DNA of 64,000 bases from an uncultured Chloroflexia bacterium (GTDB lineage: Bacteria > Chloroflexota > Dehalococcoidia > DSTF01 > JALHUB01): assembly GCA_963726245.1 (NCBI GenBank), contig CAVSBT010000019.1, forward strand, positions 1 through 64,000, written 5' to 3'. Made by a program: the position numbers and the translations under genes. Shown one piece after another: positions 19,952 through 29,272 of this stretch (the stretch's first letter is position 1; each line of letters starts with the position of its first letter). A model generated the notes under the pieces. That model was not told the DNA's origin, made no database searches, and worked only from the letters and a program-made list of their open reading frames with translations.

Positions 19952-20497
19952 TCAATCGCCGAGGAGGGTGGTGTAGCCGAGGGCCAGCACCTCTTCCACG
20001 TACTCGGAGCGCCACCCGGCGTTGGGGATACTCAGGCCGTTCTCGCGGAACCAGCGCCGGTAGTTGAGGTACTCCTCCTCCAGGCGACGCCGCCAGGCGT
20101 CCTCCTCAGCGAAGACCTCCGGGGCCACCTCTTCCAGGCGCCGCTCCATGTCCTCAGGGTCGATGTCCAGGTCCTCTTGCCAGTAGTCGGCCAGGTACTC
20201 CAGGCAGTCCTCCAGGTCCTTGCAGCAGTCGCCCATGAGGAGGGTCATCATGCCCTCCTGGTCGATGTGGCGGGCACGGAGGCGCAGATCCCTGGCGCAG
20301 GACTCGCAGACGACAACCAGCTTGCGGGCGTCGCAGTCGTCCTTGCGCGTGCAGTCCTGGCAGCGGGGGGCGTATTCGGCGGCGGAAGGGGAGCGCGAGT
20401 AACCGGCGACGACGGACGTGTTCAGGATCCCGCAGCGAGGGCAGGAGATCTTGTTGGCGAAGATGTCATTGATCGTCTTGCTCCAGTCGATCTGCAC
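19952..20497 (-). CDS. Hypothetical Cys-rich (likely zinc-binding) protein
   Basis: CPRC, CQDC, CDAR, CESC followed by an acidic helical domain; upstream RBS and promoter. Confidence 0.75.
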   Translation of the reverse strand: MQIDWSKTINDIFANKISCPRCGILNTSVVAGYSRSPSAAEYAPRCQDCTRKDDCDARKLVVVCESCARDLRLRARHIDQEGMMTLLMGDCCKDLEDCLEYLADYWQEDLDIDPEDMERRLEEVAPEVFAEEDAWRRRLEEEYLNYRRWFRENGLSIPNAGWRSEYVEEVLALGYTTLLGD

Positions 20498-20530
20498 CGC
20501 GTCACCTCGTGCTACTCCACCGACATAACG

Positions 20531-20558
20531 ATCATACAGTGTCGGGGGGCCGTGTCAA
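20531..20558 (-). promoter_or_regulatory. sigma70-type promoter for the Cys-rich gene
   Basis: TTGACA-16nt-TATGAT on the minus strand. Confidence 0.55.
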
Positions 20559-20651
20559 CTTGGGCGTCTGCGCTGCACCGGCCGCGCAGATTCGCTCCGC
20601 CCGCCGTCCCGGGTTGCGCCATCAGCGACCCACAATGTGCGGTGAAGCATC

Positions 20652-20681
20652 TTGACAGGGTGGAGGCGCTCTCACTAGCAT
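20652..20681 (+). promoter_or_regulatory. sigma70-type promoter for the TIGR01906-like gene
   Basis: TTGACA-18nt-TAGCAT. Confidence 0.45.
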
Positions 20682-20737
20682 TGTCTAAGCCCGGTGGCGG
20701 GGCTCAAGCAGGAAGGGTGGATGTAGGAGGGTGAGGC

Positions 20738-21484
20738 ATGCGATACCTGCGTAGCCTCGCACTATTCCTCTTTGTGATTGCCCTGCCAGTGGCCCTCGTT
20801 ACCACGAACGTCCGCTTTGCCGCCGACGAGGGCCGCCTCTACGAGTACGGCTTCGACAAGTACGACGCGGAGGCTCGCACCGGCCTTCCAAGGGAAGACG
20901 TCTCGCGCGCTGGACAGGAGCTACGTCGCTACTTCAACAACAACGAGGATACCATCCACGTCCTGGTCGAGCAGGGAGGCCAGGAGGTCTCCTTCTTCAA
21001 CGCTCGGGAGACGGCCCACCTCCGCGACGTGAAGCACCTGTTCCAGATCACCTTTCGGGTCCAGGAGCTGGCCATCGCTTACGTGTTCACCTACGTGGTG
21101 GGCGTGTTCATCTGGGCCCGGGAGGGATCACTGCGGCGCCTGGCGAAGCAGGTTCTGGCCGGCGCGCTGGTGGGCATCGGCGTCATTCTGGCCCTGGGAG
21201 TCGTGGCGCTCCTTGGCTTCGACCGCGCCTTCGAGCAGTTCCACTTCATCGCCTTCAACAACGACCTCTGGCAGCTAGACCCTCGCACCGACCACCTCAT
21301 CCAGATGTTCCCCGAAGGCTTCTGGTTCGATGCCACAATGCTGGTGGGCCTGCTCACCCTGGCCGAGGCAGCAGTCCTCGCCCTTGGCTCCGCCGTCTAC
21401 CTGACGCTGACGCGCCGGCGGGTGACGGTGGTCCTGACGCCCAGCCAGCAGCCTGCCGGCGGGGGCAGCCCGGCCATGACGTAG
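20738..21484 (+). CDS. TIGR01906/DUF1461-family integral membrane protein
   Basis: FNARETAHLRDVKHLF, FDRAFEQFHFIAFNNDLWQLDP..DHLIQMFPEGFW. Confidence 0.85.
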   Translation: MRYLRSLALFLFVIALPVALVTTNVRFAADEGRLYEYGFDKYDAEARTGLPREDVSRAGQELRRYFNNNEDTIHVLVEQGGQEVSFFNARETAHLRDVKHLFQITFRVQELAIAYVFTYVVGVFIWAREGSLRRLAKQVLAGALVGIGVILALGVVALLGFDRAFEQFHFIAFNNDLWQLDPRTDHLIQMFPEGFWFDATMLVGLLTLAEAAVLALGSAVYLTLTRRRVTVVLTPSQQPAGGGSPAMT

Positions 21485-22519
21485 GATGGCGGTGCAACAG
21501 TGGAACAGTTGAGAGTATCACGCGGTTCCTTGCTTGCCATCGCCGCCGTGGCGCTGGTCTTGTCCGCCTGCGGTGGCTCGGGGCGAGAGGCCGGCGTCGC
21601 AGCGGACCCGGGGAATCGAGCAGCCCGGCGACGCCACGCAAGTCGTGCAGGACGCCACCCCCAAGATAGCGGACATCGTCGTGACCCAGGTCTACTGGGA
21701 TTTCCAGGACAATCAGCCCAGACGGCAGTCCAAGTTCGTCGTCATCTTCGACGGTATGTTTGGCGTGGACAGCACCCAGGCAATCAAGAGCATGTACGCG
21801 GAGGGGCCGAACAACTACCGCTTCGAGATCAAGAGCCAACCTTATGACCCCAGCGGTGGGAACGGATACATCGAGGAAGCCAGCTTAGGCAACCTCATAT
21901 GGTACATGGCTTTCGACAGGACCGGGTTCCTGGTCGACGGCGAGTACACCATCACGGCGGAGTTCACGAACGGCGGCAAGAGCCAGATGTCGCGCGTCCT
22001 CCAGTACGACGATGGTCTCCTGAGCTCCTACCTGGCGAACAAAGACCGCCTGGTCTTCTCTCCGACAGCTTGGGGAGTCCCTCCGGCAGAGCCTGTCGCT
22101 GTGAGTGACCCACAAACCGTCGTCGAGGCAAGATGGACCACCCTCGACAGCTTCGGCGGCCCCGATGCCTACTACTGCATCCGCGCGTCCGAGGATACCG
22201 GCGGCGGTTGGGACAGCGGCAACTTGGCGGTATTCGACAACATATTTGGGCAATCGGCGAGTGTGCCCACCGCGGGGTTGAACAAGAGCTCAATCTCCCT
22301 CAATACCACCCCACCTTTGAAGCAAGACGCCAGCTACATGTGGATTCGTCGAGATCTGCGACAGCAACCGATTTAGGGACATCAACGTCTGCATCTTCCA
22401 GCCCATGCAGTTGCTCCTGACGAAGCAGGGCTCCGCAAGCCGCCTTTCCGCTGGCGGCTGACGGCGGTCGTAACGTGAGCCAGCAGCCAGCCGGAGTCGG
22501 CAGCCCGGCCATGACATAA
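21443..22519 (+). repeat. Imperfect 42-nt direct repeat (21443-21484 and 22478-22519) flanking the lipoprotein gene
   Basis: 36/42 identical; the copies read SQQPAGGGSPAMT* and SQQPAGVGSPAMT*. Confidence 0.85.
21500..22461 (+). CDS. Hypothetical lipoprotein (indels near 21610 and 22345)
   Basis: Signal peptide with LSAC lipobox, beta-rich body; codon usage differs from neighbours. Confidence 0.65.
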
Positions 22520-22521
22520 GG

Positions 22522-22552
22522 CGAGGGGAGCCTTCTCGCTCCCCTCGTGTTT
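22522..22552. terminator. Intrinsic terminator hairpin
   Basis: cgaggggagc-cttctc-gctcccctcg followed by tgttt, between convergent genes. Confidence 0.65.
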
Positions 22553-22570
22553 CGGTGCCGGGTGTGGGCG

Positions 22571-22807
22571 CTAGTTGGCGATCCCGCAGGTGCTGCAGGC
22601 GCCGGTGGCGCAGGACGCGCAAGGGCTGCCGCCCACCGGCAGCATCGAGCCGTCATCTCCCTTGGAGAAGGAGGCGAAGAGGGAGAGGACGCGGTTGGCG
22701 CCGGGGTGCCCGCTGGGGCAGGTGGCCGCGTCTTCGGCGCGGCTCATCGAGCGCAACAGCTCGAACTTCTGGTTGCAGGTGGGGCAGAAGTACTCGTAGA
22801 GTGGCAT
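22571..22807 (-). CDS. FmdB-family zinc-ribbon protein
   Basis: MPLYEYFCPTC...FE...CPSGH...C-terminal CASCATGACSTC. Confidence 0.88.
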   Translation of the reverse strand: MPLYEYFCPTCNQKFELLRSMSRAEDAATCPSGHPGANRVLSLFASFSKGDDGSMLPVGGSPCASCATGACSTCGIAN

Positions 22808-22863
22808 CGTGGATTCCCAACTCCCTCCAATTCATTCTAGCACAAGGAACCCCGCCCGCGAGA

Positions 22864-22940
22864 TTCCCGAAGGCCAGCCTTTAGGCTGGCACGGCAGCCA
22901 GGCTTGCCTGCCCGCCGGCAGGCGGGAGCCTGGCCTTCGG
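22864..22940. repeat. Inverted REP-like doublet (gaaggccagcctttaggctggc family) with a second palindrome inserted in one loop
   Basis: Near-identical copy at 49044-49075 and related copy at 41313-41337; insert gcctgcccgccggcaggcggg at 22906-22926. Confidence 0.7.
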
Positions 22941-23059
22941 AGATTAACTCCCTGGCGGTGTGCTGACGGCTTCGCAGGCGATCATGTTTACCTCGTCCAA
23001 GGCGGCGGTCTATAATGGCCCTACCATGAGCGAGGACGGCTTCCCACGGCGACACGTCG

Positions 23060-23467
23060 TTGCGCTGCGCCCGCTGCGGAACTTCGCATCAGTCAAGCGA
23101 TGACTTCTGCCGGCACTGCGGCGCTGCTCTTCGGGCCGGTCGCCTTCCTGTGATTCGCGACCAGCGGTCCCGCGCGCCTGTGCCCTGGCGAGAGACCGTG
23201 CCCGTGGTGGTACGTGGGGCTGCTGTGGTGGCTGCTGGGACCCTGGCCGAGGCCGTCCTGCGCCGGCTCATCGTTCGCGCCCTGCGGAGGGGCGTCCGGC
23301 CATCCAACAAGCCCGGCCGGCAGGTCTGGCCACTGGCGCGTCGCCGGCAGGACAAGGCGGCGGTACTGGAACGCCCGGAGCCCGATGGCGACGGCGACCA
23401 GGTGGTCAGCGAGACCTTCCTCTTCCGTCGGGTGCGGCTGCGCCATTCGCGCTGGCCGGGCGAGTGA
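23060..23467 (+). CDS. Zinc-ribbon-domain hypothetical protein
   Basis: CARCG...FCRHCG; true start may be ATG 23026 downstream of TATAAT (23011-23016) with an indel. Confidence 0.65.
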   Translation: MRCARCGTSHQSSDDFCRHCGAALRAGRLPVIRDQRSRAPVPWRETVPVVVRGAAVVAAGTLAEAVLRRLIVRALRRGVRPSNKPGRQVWPLARRRQDKAAVLERPEPDGDGDQVVSETFLFRRVRLRHSRWPGE

Positions 23468-23592
23468 CGGGCGGTAGCGCCCGCCCCATCGACTTCACGG
23501 CCGACCTGCACGAGATCGACGGCAAGCCCATCGCCAAGCGGGGCCGCATCCCCGGCATCACCCCCAGCCCGCGACTGGCCCGCGTCCTGTAG
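23464..23592 (+). pseudogene. Orphan C-terminal fragment of a nicotinate phosphoribosyltransferase (PncB-like)
   Basis: Reads (V)TGGSARPIDFTADLHEIDGKPIAKRGRIPGITPSPRLARVL*, matching my recollection of the C-terminus of archaeal/Chloroflexota-type NAPRTases; the rest of the gene is absent. Confidence 0.65.
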
Positions 23593-23633
23593 GCCCCTGC
23601 CTCCGATCAATCTGGCCCACTCCGCAAGAAGCC

Positions 23634-23663
23634 TTGACAGAATCAGGTCCGAATCGGGATAAT
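23634..23663 (+). promoter_or_regulatory. sigma70-type promoter
   Basis: TTGACA-18nt-GATAAT upstream of the surface-protein gene. Confidence 0.5.
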
Positions 23664-23786
23664 TCCTGCCGCTACGGCTGCGCACCTCCTCCGGGCTACG
23701 GACGGCTGGCGGGACGGGACTCCCGCCTGCACGAGCCCGGACCGGCGACGCCGGCCCGAGCCCACCTTTTCCGAGGTTCATCTCCC

Positions 23787-26386
23787 ATGCGGGCAAGGCT
23801 GCCACTTGCCGCCGTTCTGCCCGCGCTGCTGCTTGCCGCACTCGTCGCGGCGAAAGGTCAGGCAGCGGCCGAGGAGCTCCTTGCCAACGGCGATTTCAGC
23901 CAGAGCGGCAGCGGCTGGACGGCCCACGGCCTGGAGCTGCGCTTCGACGCCGCCTGCGACGGCCACGCTGCCGCTCCTGCCGCCGGCCTTCACCTTGAGG
24001 AGGGCGGCGAGGGCTGGTTCGTCTCCGACGCCGTGCTTGTCGAGCCGGGCGGGACCTATGAGGCGAGCGGCTACGTCCGCTTCGTCGCCGGCACCGATTC
24101 GTCGTCCGAGATGCTCTTCGTTCTGGACTTCTATCAGACGGTCGACGGAACCGGTGATCCGCTGCATGAAGGTATCGCCCAAGCCTCTCCCTTACAGCTT
24201 CACCGATTACACTCTCTGTGAGCACCGGCTCCGCTACAGCGCCCAACCAGGCACGCTCCGCCCGCCTGCGGGTACAGTTCTTGTCCTCAGGGACGGCCTC
24301 AGTCTGCCTGGATGATTTCAGTCTCACGGGACCGCGGCCCTCGCCTACCGAGACGCCCTCGCCCACCGTACCAGCGCCATCTGCAACCCCTACTGCGCCT
24401 CCGACCCCAACCGCGAGTCCCACTCCGGCGGCGACGGAGGTCCCCATGCCCTCTGACTCGATCCTGAACGGCGGCTTCGAGGAGGGCGTGGAGGACGCGC
24501 CCGCCGCCTGGCAGAAGTTCGGTGGTTTCCTCTCCCGCTCAACCGCCATCCCGCGCAGCGGCTCCTTCGCCGGCGCCTTCTCCTCCGACACCGCCTCTAC
24601 GAAATGGGTCTACCAGGCCCTCTCGGTCGAACCAGGCCGCTCCTACGCCTTCCGGGGCTTCGTCCTGAAGAACGGGCCCGTGGACTCCGTCGTCTTGCTC
24701 CGCATCTCCTGGTACACGTCCTCAGACGCGTCGGGGTCCAGCTTCGCCGGTAGCGACTCCCCGGAGTCGCTGTCCGGCAGCGACCCCTCGTTCCGCTACC
24801 TGTCCACCGGCTCCGTGACGGCGCCGGAGGACGCCCGTTCGGCCCGCGCCCGCATCGTTCTCGTGCCTGCATCGGCTGCCTCCGAGACCGTCTACCTGGA
24901 CGACTTCACCCTTGAAGAGACCGCCCCTCCCACGCCCACGCCGGAACCGACGGCGACGGCAACCCCCACGCCCTCCGAATCGGTCACATCGACTCCTGTA
25001 TCCGCCGAGGCCACGCTGTCGGCGCCTTCGGTGCTGGGCGAGCGGCTGCTGAACGGCGGCTTCGAGGAGGGCGTGGAGGACGCGCCCGCCGCCTGGCAGA
25101 AGTTCGGTGGTTTCCTCTCCCGCTCAACCGCCATCCCGCGCAGCGGCTCCTTCGCCGGCGCCTTCTCCTCCGACACCGCCTCTACGAAGTGGGTCTACCA
25201 GGCCCTCTCGGTCGAACCCGGCCGCTCCTACACCTTCCGGGGCTTCGTCCTGAAGAACGGGCCCGTGGACTCTGTCGTCTTGCTCCGCATCTCCTGGTAC
25301 ACGTCCTCAGACGCGTCGGGGTCCAGCTTCGCCGGTAGCGACTCCCCGGAGTCGCTGTCCGGCAGCGACCCCTCGTTCCGCTACCTTTCCACCGGCTCCG
25401 TGACGGCGCCGGAGGACGCCCGATCTGCCCGCGCCCGCGTCGTTTTCGTCCCTGCCTCCGCCGTTCCTGAGACCGTCTACCTGGATGACTTCGCCCTCGA
25501 GGAGACGGCCGCTCCTGGGCAAACCCTGGGCATGGAATCGGGAGAAGGCACGCCGTTATCGGAGGAGCAGACAGCCGCCATAGGGGGCGAGCCGCCGTCT
25601 GAGCCCTCTACGGCGGACGGGACCGCCTCCGACGGTAAGTCGCGCGGCCGGACCTCATCCGCGACGGCAACGCTGTTCCGGCAGGCGCGCACGTATGAGG
25701 ACTCGCCCTACGCGGTCAAGATAAGCGAGGTTCTGGCCAGCGCCGCGGCCGACAGCGATGCCGCCGGCGGCGAGTGGGTCGAGCTGTACAACGCCGGGCC
25801 GGAGAGCGTGGAGCTGGGCGGCTGGACCCTGTCCGACAACGTGGCCGCCGACACCCTGCCGCCGCTGACGCTCTCGCCGGGGGCGTACGCGGTCGTGACC
25901 GCATCAGCCGGTTTCCGGCGTCAGTACCCCGCTTTCAGGGGCGATCTGCTCGTCCTGGCAGCCGGCAGGATCGGCAACGGCCTGTCCAACGAAGGCGATC
26001 GTCTCCTTCTCCTCGACGACGAGGGCCGGCCGGTAGACGCGCTCTCCTATGGAGCGGACCATGAGTTCTTCGATCCGCCGTCCCCGGCCGTGCCGCCCGG
26101 CCACAGTCTGGAGCGCTTCCCGCCGGACCGCGACACGGACACCGCCGCCGACTTCCGCGAGAACGCTCACCCTTCCCCTGGAGTTGGCCCGGCCGTGGAA
26201 GCGAGTCCCACCGCAATGGCCTCACCCGTGTCAGAGGTGCAGGGCCAGGCGCTCTCAGCCATCGGAGGCGGAGACGCCCTCAACTGGCCCTGGCTCCTGC
26301 TGGCCGCGGGCCTTGTCTTCGTCGGTGGCACCGGGGCAGGCGCCGCCGGCGTCCTCTTCTGGCTGGCTCGGGGCCGTTGTCTCTGA
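23787..26386 (+). CDS. Secreted surface protein: three CBM-like (galactose-binding fold) domains, lamin-tail domain, C-terminal membrane anchor (indel near 24190)
   Basis: Signal peptide; LLANGDFS / ILNGGFEE / LLNGGFEE...YLDDF domains; PT linkers; VKISEV..EWVELYN..LGGWTLSD..LSNEGD lamin-tail motifs; hydrophobic C-terminus. Confidence 0.8.
24464..25510 (+). repeat. Intragenic ~460 bp near-identical direct repeat (24464-24925 and 25049-25510)
   Basis: Visual alignment at offset 585 shows only scattered, mostly synonymous differences. Confidence 0.9.
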
Positions 26387-26492
26387 CCCATCGCCTTGCC
26401 GCCCTAAGAAGGGTTCCCCTATAATCGAATTGAAACACCGGCGAAGGAGAGCGGCGGTCCAGGGAAACCAGGCCGCAGAGGAGTGCAGGCGA

Positions 26493-27185
26493 CTGCCGAA
26501 GACCATCGCCATCGACGGGCCCGTTGCCTCCGGCAAGAGTGATGTCGGGGAGTTCGTGGCCCGCAGGCTTGGTTATCACTTCCTCGATACCGGGGCAATG
26601 TACCGAGCCCTGACCTGGCTGGTCCTTAAGCGCGGGCTGGATCCCGAGGACGAAGAGGCCATAGCCCGGCTGGTCGCCGAGACCAACATGGAGGTTAGCC
26701 AGCCGCCGCCGGGAAGCGGCGGTCCGCAGGGCAGCGAACGCTGCCGGATTCGCGTGGATGGCGAGGATGCCACCCCTCACCTGAGGACGCCTGAGGTCGA
26801 GGCGGGCGTTTCCCTCGTTTCCCGCGTGTCGGCAGTGCGGAGGGAGTTGGTCCGCATCCAGCGTCAACTGGCGCAAAAGGGCCCCACCGTCATGGTTGGT
26901 CGCGACATCGGCACTACCGTTCTTCCAGATGCCGATCTGAAGGTGTACCTGGAGGCATCACGCGAGGAGCGGGCGCGCCGGCGCTGCCGGCAGTTGAGCC
27001 TCGAGGGGCAGACTCCCTCCTTTGACAGCGTGCTGGCAGACCTTGAGAGGCGCGATACTATCGACAGCAGCCGGTCGATATCGCCACTGCGCCCGGCCGA
27101 GGACGCTGTCGTCATAGACACCGATGGCCTCAGCCTGGAGGAGGTCGTGGAGAAGGTACTCTCCCTCGTGGAGGCGCGAACTTGA
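26493..27185 (+). CDS. cmk: Cytidylate kinase
   Basis: IAIDGPVASGKS, LDTGAMYRA, VGRDIGT..LPDA, RRD..DS.R..SPL; probable CTG start. Confidence 0.95.
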   Translation: MPKTIAIDGPVASGKSDVGEFVARRLGYHFLDTGAMYRALTWLVLKRGLDPEDEEAIARLVAETNMEVSQPPPGSGGPQGSERCRIRVDGEDATPHLRTPEVEAGVSLVSRVSAVRRELVRIQRQLAQKGPTVMVGRDIGTTVLPDADLKVYLEASREERARRRCRQLSLEGQTPSFDSVLADLERRDTIDSSRSISPLRPAEDAVVIDTDGLSLEEVVEKVLSLVEART

Positions 27186-27873
27186 TCGTTCCCTTCTTCT
27201 ACTGGGCGGGCTGGCTCGTGGTCCGTCTGATTCTGCTTGTCTATGCACGGGTAGAGTTGGTGGGCGCCGAGAACGTGCCCCGCCGGGGCGGGCTCATCAT
27301 CGTCTCCAACCACCTGAACAACGCCGACCCGGGGACAGTGGGGTTTTCATGAGGCGGCGTGTCGTGTTCATGGCTAAGGAAGAGATGTTCCAGTGGCCTA
27401 TCTGGGGTTTGTACGTTCGCCTGATTGGCGCCTTCCCCGTCCGCCGCTTCGAGGCTGATCTGAAGGCCCTGCGGCGCTCGGTGCAGGTTATCCGGCGTGG
27501 CCAGGCCCTGTTCATGTTCCCTGAGGGTACGCGCAGCAAGACAGGTTCCCTGTGTCGGGGCCACCCCGGCACAGCCATGGTGGCGCTCCGCACCGGCGCT
27601 CCCATCCTGCCCGTGGCCATCACCGGCACCGAGGCGGTCAGCATGCCGGGTCTCTTTCTGCGCCCCTTCCGCCGCACCAGGGTCCGGCTGGTGGTGGGCG
27701 AGCCCTTCTTCCTGCCCTCCGTCAAACGTCCCAAGGCCGACGACTATGAGCGCTGCACCGACATCATCATGGGTCATATCGCCGCATTACTGCCGCCGCA
27801 GTACCGTGGCTGCTACCAGGAGGGGGCGCCGGCGCCAACCGAGGCGCCTGTGCAGCAGCCGACGGCAATCTAG
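27182..27873 (+). CDS. plsC: 1-acyl-sn-glycerol-3-phosphate acyltransferase (indel near 27342)
   Basis: SNHLNNAD (HX4D), FMAKEE, FPEGTRS, PILPVAI. Confidence 0.88.
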
Positions 27874-27887
27874 ACAGCGAGGGAAGC

Positions 27888-28760
27888 TTGGAGATCATTA
27901 GGGCCCGCGACATGGGCTTCTGCTTTGGAGTCAGGCGGGCCGTTGAGATGATGGAGGAGGCAGCCCAGCAGAGCGGCCCTCTAACGAGCCTTGGTTCGAC
28001 CGTGCACAACCGCCAGGTCGTCGAGAAGCTGCGCGAGCAGGGTGTCGACGTGGTGGCCAATCTCGACGAAATCAAGGGCCGGCCGGTAGCCGTCACGGCC
28101 CACGGCGTGGGGCCTCAGGTGCTGGAGGCCCTGAATCAGTTGGGTGTGCCCCTCGTCGATACCACCTGTCCCATTGTCACCCGTTCCCAGCAGTGGGCGA
28201 GGCGCCTGGCGAAGGAAGGCTTTGCCGTCATCGTCTTCGGTGACCCCGACCACAAGGAGGTGCGTGGCGTTCTAGGCTGGGCTGAGGGCCGGGGCATCGC
28301 TATCGCCGATGAGGCGGACCTGGACCGGCTGCCGGAGGATTTGCCTTCGCGCGTCGCCGTCCTTTCCCAGACCACTCACACCGAGGCCCGTTTCGCCTCC
28401 TTCGTCCGGCGCCTGTTTGAGACGCGCATGGAGCGGATCAGTGAGCTGCGGGTCATCAACACCCTGTGCAACGCCACCACCAGTCAGCAGGCAGCCGCTC
28501 AGGAGCTGGCCCGACAGGTGGACCTGATGATTGTCATCGGCGGGCGGGAGAGCGCCAACACGCGCCACCTGGCGGAGGTATGCCGCGAGGAGGGCGTGGA
28601 GACCTACCACGTAGAGAGCGCCGACGAGATCGAGCCACAGTGGCTCGCTGGCCGCCAGCGGGTCGGCGTCACGGCCGGCGCCTCCACTCCCGACTCGGCG
28701 GTCGATGAGGTGACAGCGCGTCTCGAGGAGATGGCAACGCGCGCCGCCCCGGCATCCTGA
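27888..28760 (+). CDS. ispH: 4-hydroxy-3-methylbut-2-enyl diphosphate reductase
   Basis: GFCFGVRRA, VHN, AHG, DTTCPIV, SQTT, NTLCNAT, SANT, TAGASTP. Confidence 0.96.
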   Translation: MEIIRARDMGFCFGVRRAVEMMEEAAQQSGPLTSLGSTVHNRQVVEKLREQGVDVVANLDEIKGRPVAVTAHGVGPQVLEALNQLGVPLVDTTCPIVTRSQQWARRLAKEGFAVIVFGDPDHKEVRGVLGWAEGRGIAIADEADLDRLPEDLPSRVAVLSQTTHTEARFASFVRRLFETRMERISELRVINTLCNATTSQQAAAQELARQVDLMIVIGGRESANTRHLAEVCREEGVETYHVESADEIEPQWLAGRQRVGVTAGASTPDSAVDEVTARLEEMATRAAPAS

Positions 28761-28785
28761 GGGCGGGCGACACGGAGAAGACGAG

Positions 28786-29268
28786 ATGGAAATCGAGGTC
28801 ACGAAGCGGCGCTGCGAGATGTGCGGGGCAGAGGCGGAAATGCCCGTCGACACGCTTGGGGCGCTGGCTGCTGCGCCCAGGCTTATTGCGGGCGCGGTGG
28901 AGTCCGCCCCGAAGAGGACGAGGCAAGGATGGTCGCCGGAAGAAGTCGCGGCGCACCTTGCGGACAACGAGGTCGCTGTCGGCTGGCGGCTGCGACAGAC
29001 CATCGCCGACGATGAGCCGGAGGTGCAGCCGTTCGACCAGGACCGCTTGGCCGCGGCGCTGTGGTATGCCAAGCGGGACGTGGCTCTCTCTCTAAGTGCA
29101 TATGCGGCGGTGCGAGCCGCGAACGTGGAGCTCCTGCGGATGCTGGACGCGACCGGGTGGGAACGCCGCTTCCGTCACCCGGAGTTCGGCCCCAGGACGC
29201 TGCGGGTGCTGGCGGAGCACATCTCGCATCACGATCTGCTGCACTTGAGTCAGATCCAGGGGGGGTGA
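28786..29268 (+). CDS. DinB-family protein (YfiT-like) with N-terminal CxxC
   Basis: WSPEEVAAHLAD, HPEFG, HDLLHLSQI. Confidence 0.8.
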   Translation: MEIEVTKRRCEMCGAEAEMPVDTLGALAAAPRLIAGAVESAPKRTRQGWSPEEVAAHLADNEVAVGWRLRQTIADDEPEVQPFDQDRLAAALWYAKRDVALSLSAYAAVRAANVELLRMLDATGWERRFRHPEFGPRTLRVLAEHISHHDLLHLSQIQGG

Positions 29269-29272
29269 CGGC

